In this document: piece by piece, positions 61,150 to 64,000 of the stretch
How positions within the stretch are numbered: the first letter of the stretch is position 1
How the letters are laid out: each line of letters begins with the position of its first letter
Assembly: GCA_963731795.1 (NCBI GenBank)
Contig: CAVSWU010000003.1
Coordinates: 966,216-1,030,215 of the forward strand
DNA length: 64,000 bases
Direction: 5' to 3'
DNA from: an uncultured delta proteobacterium
GTDB lineage: Bacteria; Myxococcota; Myxococcia; Myxococcales; Myxococcaceae
Made by a program: the position numbers and the translations under genes
The notes under the pieces: generated by a model
Database searches by the model: none
The model's input: only the letters and a program-made list of their open reading frames with translations
Told to the model about the DNA's origin: nothing

Positions 61150-61562
61150 ACCAGCAAGCTTATCCCCTAAGCACTCTGTGCTAGTTCGCTGAAAAACTGG
61201 AGTTCCTGGGAGGCTCCCATGTGGGCAAATAACTACCCATGGCAGTGCTAGGGTGCTCCGCGCATCTCCCGCCAGCGCCTCCGTCGCGAGGATCACCGCG
61301 AAGACCAGAAGAAACCGGACCAGGAGCATGAGTTGCCTCATGGCTGCCCCCCGGTGCGGAAGGTGACGAACTCGCCCGAGCTCATCGGGGAAACAGGCGT
61401 CGCGCTGCGAGGCTTCACGAATGGGTTGCATGGTGCGCTCCGGGTGAATGAGTCCCGGGGCGCCATTGCAGGCCGGACGCCAAGCAGCGCCCGCTGTGAA
61501 ATCAAGCTCTTACGCGGCCCCACCATCCATGACCGTCTCGCGGCGTGGACGGTCCACGGACC

Positions 61563-62160
61563 TCAGAACGTGTACTTCACGCGAGGGAACAGCGCGAACG
61601 TGGGGATGTTCGGACCGAAGACGTAGCGGGCCAGGAAGTCCGCCCCCACTGAGAAGTGGTCCATCATCGTCCCGTACTCGAGGCCGATGCCGACCCCCGC
61701 GTTGAGCGCGTTGATGGAGCGGCCCGGGTCTCCGCCCATGTCCACCGGCGCCGGATCCAGCCGCGTGTAGCCGGCCGCCACCTTCGGCGTCAGGTAGAGC
61801 CGGTCAGTCATCCGCACGTGGTACGCCGCCGTCATGTCCCCGAACGCCACCGTGAAGTTGTCCGACAGCGCGCAGGTGTCCGTGTTCGGCAGGTAGCCCG
61901 CGAAGCAGTTCGCCGCCGACGAGCCCAGCCCGAAGTGCAGCCCGAGCGAGATCGCCTCCGTCAGGTCGTACCCCACGCCCAGCTGCAGGTAGGACTGGGC
62001 GTTCGAGTACGCGTTCTCTCCGCCGAGCGTGAAGAACATCCCGATGTCCGTCTCGGTGAAGAAGCCGCGGCGAGGCTTGTACTCCACGCCCTCCGGCGGC
62101 GTGGCCCGCCAGGGCGGTGGTGGACAGAGCGAGCGCGGCGACCAGCAGGGACTTCCTCAC
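61563..62160 (-). pseudogene. outer-membrane beta-barrel protein (OmpA-N/OmpW-like 8-strand barrel), one frameshift
   Basis: GTG start with a GGGAGG RBS and signal 'RKSLLVAALALSTTALA'. The frame changes after the signal peptide. The barrel shows alternating hydrophobic strands and ends 'RVKYTF*' (C-terminal Phe). Confidence 0.55.
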
Positions 62161-62274
62161 AGAACCTCCCGACGCAGGCCCTCCCCGGAACATCCGGAAG
62201 CGGCGCTGGACGTTAATGATGCCTCCCGCGAAGCGGCAACGCTCGGCGTGAAAAGTCTTCAGCGCGCGAACGTC

Positions 62275-64000
62275 AGTCCACGCCACGACGCGGAGCGCGC
62301 TCGAGCGCCTCGCCGCCGTCGCTGCCCGCGGGCGAGAAGAGCCACGGGTAGGTGACCGCCACCACGCCGCCGCCCTTGGGCTCAGGGAACTTCCAGCGGC
62401 GGATGCGCGACAGCATGCAGCTCTCCGCCGTGGAGCTGTTGCAGCGTCGTCTCCGTCACCGAGGCGTCGGACACCGCGCCCGCCGGATCGATGGTGAAGG
62501 CCACCGCCACCTTGCCGGCCAGGTTCGGGTTCTTGTTCAGCTCGGACTCGTAGCAGTATTTGATCTCGTTCTGGTGCTGCCGGATGATCTTGGCGATCAC
62601 GTCCTTGTCGAGGCCGCCGACCACCGTCGTCTTGCCCGGGATGATCTTCGTGGTGGCCTTGCCCTTGCCGCCCAGGTCGATGCCGCCGTGGCCACCCGTG
62701 CCGCGCCCGTCCCCCTTGGTGCCCAGGCCGCCAATGCCCAGCGCCGTGCCGCCACCGCCCGGGCCGTGGCCGCGCGTGCCCAGCCCGCCCACGCCCTGCG
62801 CATCCCCCAACCCCGCGCCCGCACTTCAGGCCACCGAGCGCGTTGTTGATGCCCGTGCCCAGACCGCCCGGCCCGAACACGTCCGTGGCGCCGCCCTTGA
62901 GGCCCTTGAAGGCGCCCAGCAGGCCCACGCTGCCCACCACCTGCCGGTCCTTCTCCTGCTTGGTCCTGTCCACCACCGGAGTGCCCGGCCTGGAGGGATC
63001 CGCCTCCTGCTTCTTCGCCTCCTGCTTGCCGAACTTGCCCTCCTCGTCCTTCGCCTTGGCGCCCTCGTCCACGCCGGCGAGCTTCAGCTTCTTCACCTCG
63101 ACCTTCTGCTCCGGCCTGATGAGGAACTTCGCCACCCGCTGCTGATCCTCGAGGATGTCGTCCGCGTTGGGCTGCTGCCGAGCGCGGCGTCAGCAGGATC
63201 GCCACGATCACCGCCGCCGCCGCCATCAAGGTGATGCAGGTGATCTTGAAGTAGGTGAAGTCCGCCTCGTTCAGCGTGTTCACCTTGATCGCCGGCGAGG
63301 GCTTCACGTACCGCACCACGAAGGAGATCGTCCCGAGCGACACCTCCGCCCGGTCGTGCAGGCCCAGCGTGAAGACCTGGCCCTTGTCCGCCACCGCGGG
63401 AGCCAGCTGCCCCGCCGCGCGCATCGCCTCCTTGGTCCGCACGTCGCCCTGCGTGGTGACGATGACGCCGCCGCCCGCGGGCACGCGCAGCTCCACCTTG
63501 TCCCCCCGGCCCACCGCGAGCACGTGGCGCGGGCCCACCTCGGGCGCGAAGACGTGGAAGGAGTTCTTCTTGCCCTCGCCGATGGTGACCGGCACTGCGT
63601 CCCGGAAGTGCTGCACCTCGAGGATCTGGTCGCCCCAGAGCATCGCCACCTGGAGCACCTTCGCCTCGGGCGTGGGCAGCGCGTCCGGAGGCAGCGGCTC
63701 CTGCAGGTGGGCCGGAGTCTCGGGCTTCTTCGCCACCGGCGCCGCGGCGGCCTTCATCTGCAGGCCCGGAGGCGTGATCGTCCGGCGCGAGGAAGGCACC
63801 ACCACCTCGGGCGCGATGGGCTGGGCCGGCGACGCGGACGAGGCCGCTGGCGTCCGCTGCGACACCGAGCCCTGGAAGCCCGTCCCGTTCACGTGCGCGC
63901 CCGCGGGCACCTTGGGCTCCGGCGGCTCCGCCTGGTCGAAGAGCACCTCCACCCGCGAGGCGCCCACCGTGAGCACGTCTCCCGAGGCGAGCGCCTTGGG
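62275..64000 (-). pseudogene. AgmX/PglI-like protein with TonB-C-like C-terminal domain, Gly-rich repeats and Pro-rich region (5' end beyond window; multiple frameshifts)
   Basis: C-terminal 'KIIRQHQNEIKYCYESELNKNPNLAGKVAVAFTIDPAGAVSDASV...RRWKFPEP' matches the AgmX/PglI TonB-like domain. Upstream are GGLGT.G.G repeats, a Lys/Glu-rich segment, a TM segment ('ITCITLMAAAAVIVAILL') and an FHA-like N-region, spread across three or more frames. Confidence 0.5.

Noticed and set aside
61466-61484. Sigma54-like element (TGGCGT-N6-TGCA on the amt strand) upstream of amt.
   Set aside because: It lies ~400 bp upstream of the start codon with mismatches in both boxes. It is too far and too weak to call without experimental data.

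Overview
This is a ~70% GC chromosomal window with a myxobacterial (Myxococcaceae-like) gene complement: gltB-gltD, carB, alaX, coaD, rsmD, typA/bipA, an ammonium transporter, and many regulatory proteins (ECF sigma/anti-sigma, a PAS histidine kinase, a sigma54 enhancer-binding protein, a Ser/Thr kinase, a GGDEF protein). Three points stand out:

1. A ~2.8 kb lower-GC islet at 26.7-29.5 kb carries a dead tyrosine-integrase stub, a tRNA-3'-end-like fragment and an intact OLD-family ATPase+TOPRIM nuclease, which looks like a single-gene antiphage candidate.

2. A co-directional four-gene cluster of uncharacterised proteins at 42.9-47.5 kb is preceded by three near-identical sigma54-type promoters (TGGCAyACCTCCTGCTCT; GG/GC spacing correct). 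Tandem 12-bp direct repeats lie about 100-130 bp upstream of the first promoter. This is the best candidate for a previously undescribed, enhancer-binding-protein-controlled system. Gene 1 is an Ala/Gly-rich, Cys-free protein with a C-terminal hydrophobic hairpin.

3. At least 14 genes carry frameshifts. Every case I could resolve at base level is a +1 insertion in a short G/C (or T) homopolymer. They cluster at 47.5-52.1 kb (five consecutive genes), in carB (x4), gltB and the DUF885 gene. This points to systematic sequencing or assembly indels rather than true pseudogenisation.

Other notable items are: a Ser/Thr kinase followed by an 882-aa cytoplasmic protein with a C-terminal matrixin-like HExxHxxxxxH motif; two Uma2 (restriction-endonuclease-fold) paralogues; an ECF sigma/anti-sigma/Cys-rich lipoprotein module; an orphan GspC-like gene behind a sigma54 promoter; and an AT-rich amt leader with two 11-bp direct repeats. 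No CRISPR arrays, rRNA or complete tRNA genes were found. Coordinates derived from the ORF track are exact; positions I read by hand from the sequence may be off by +/-1-2 nt.
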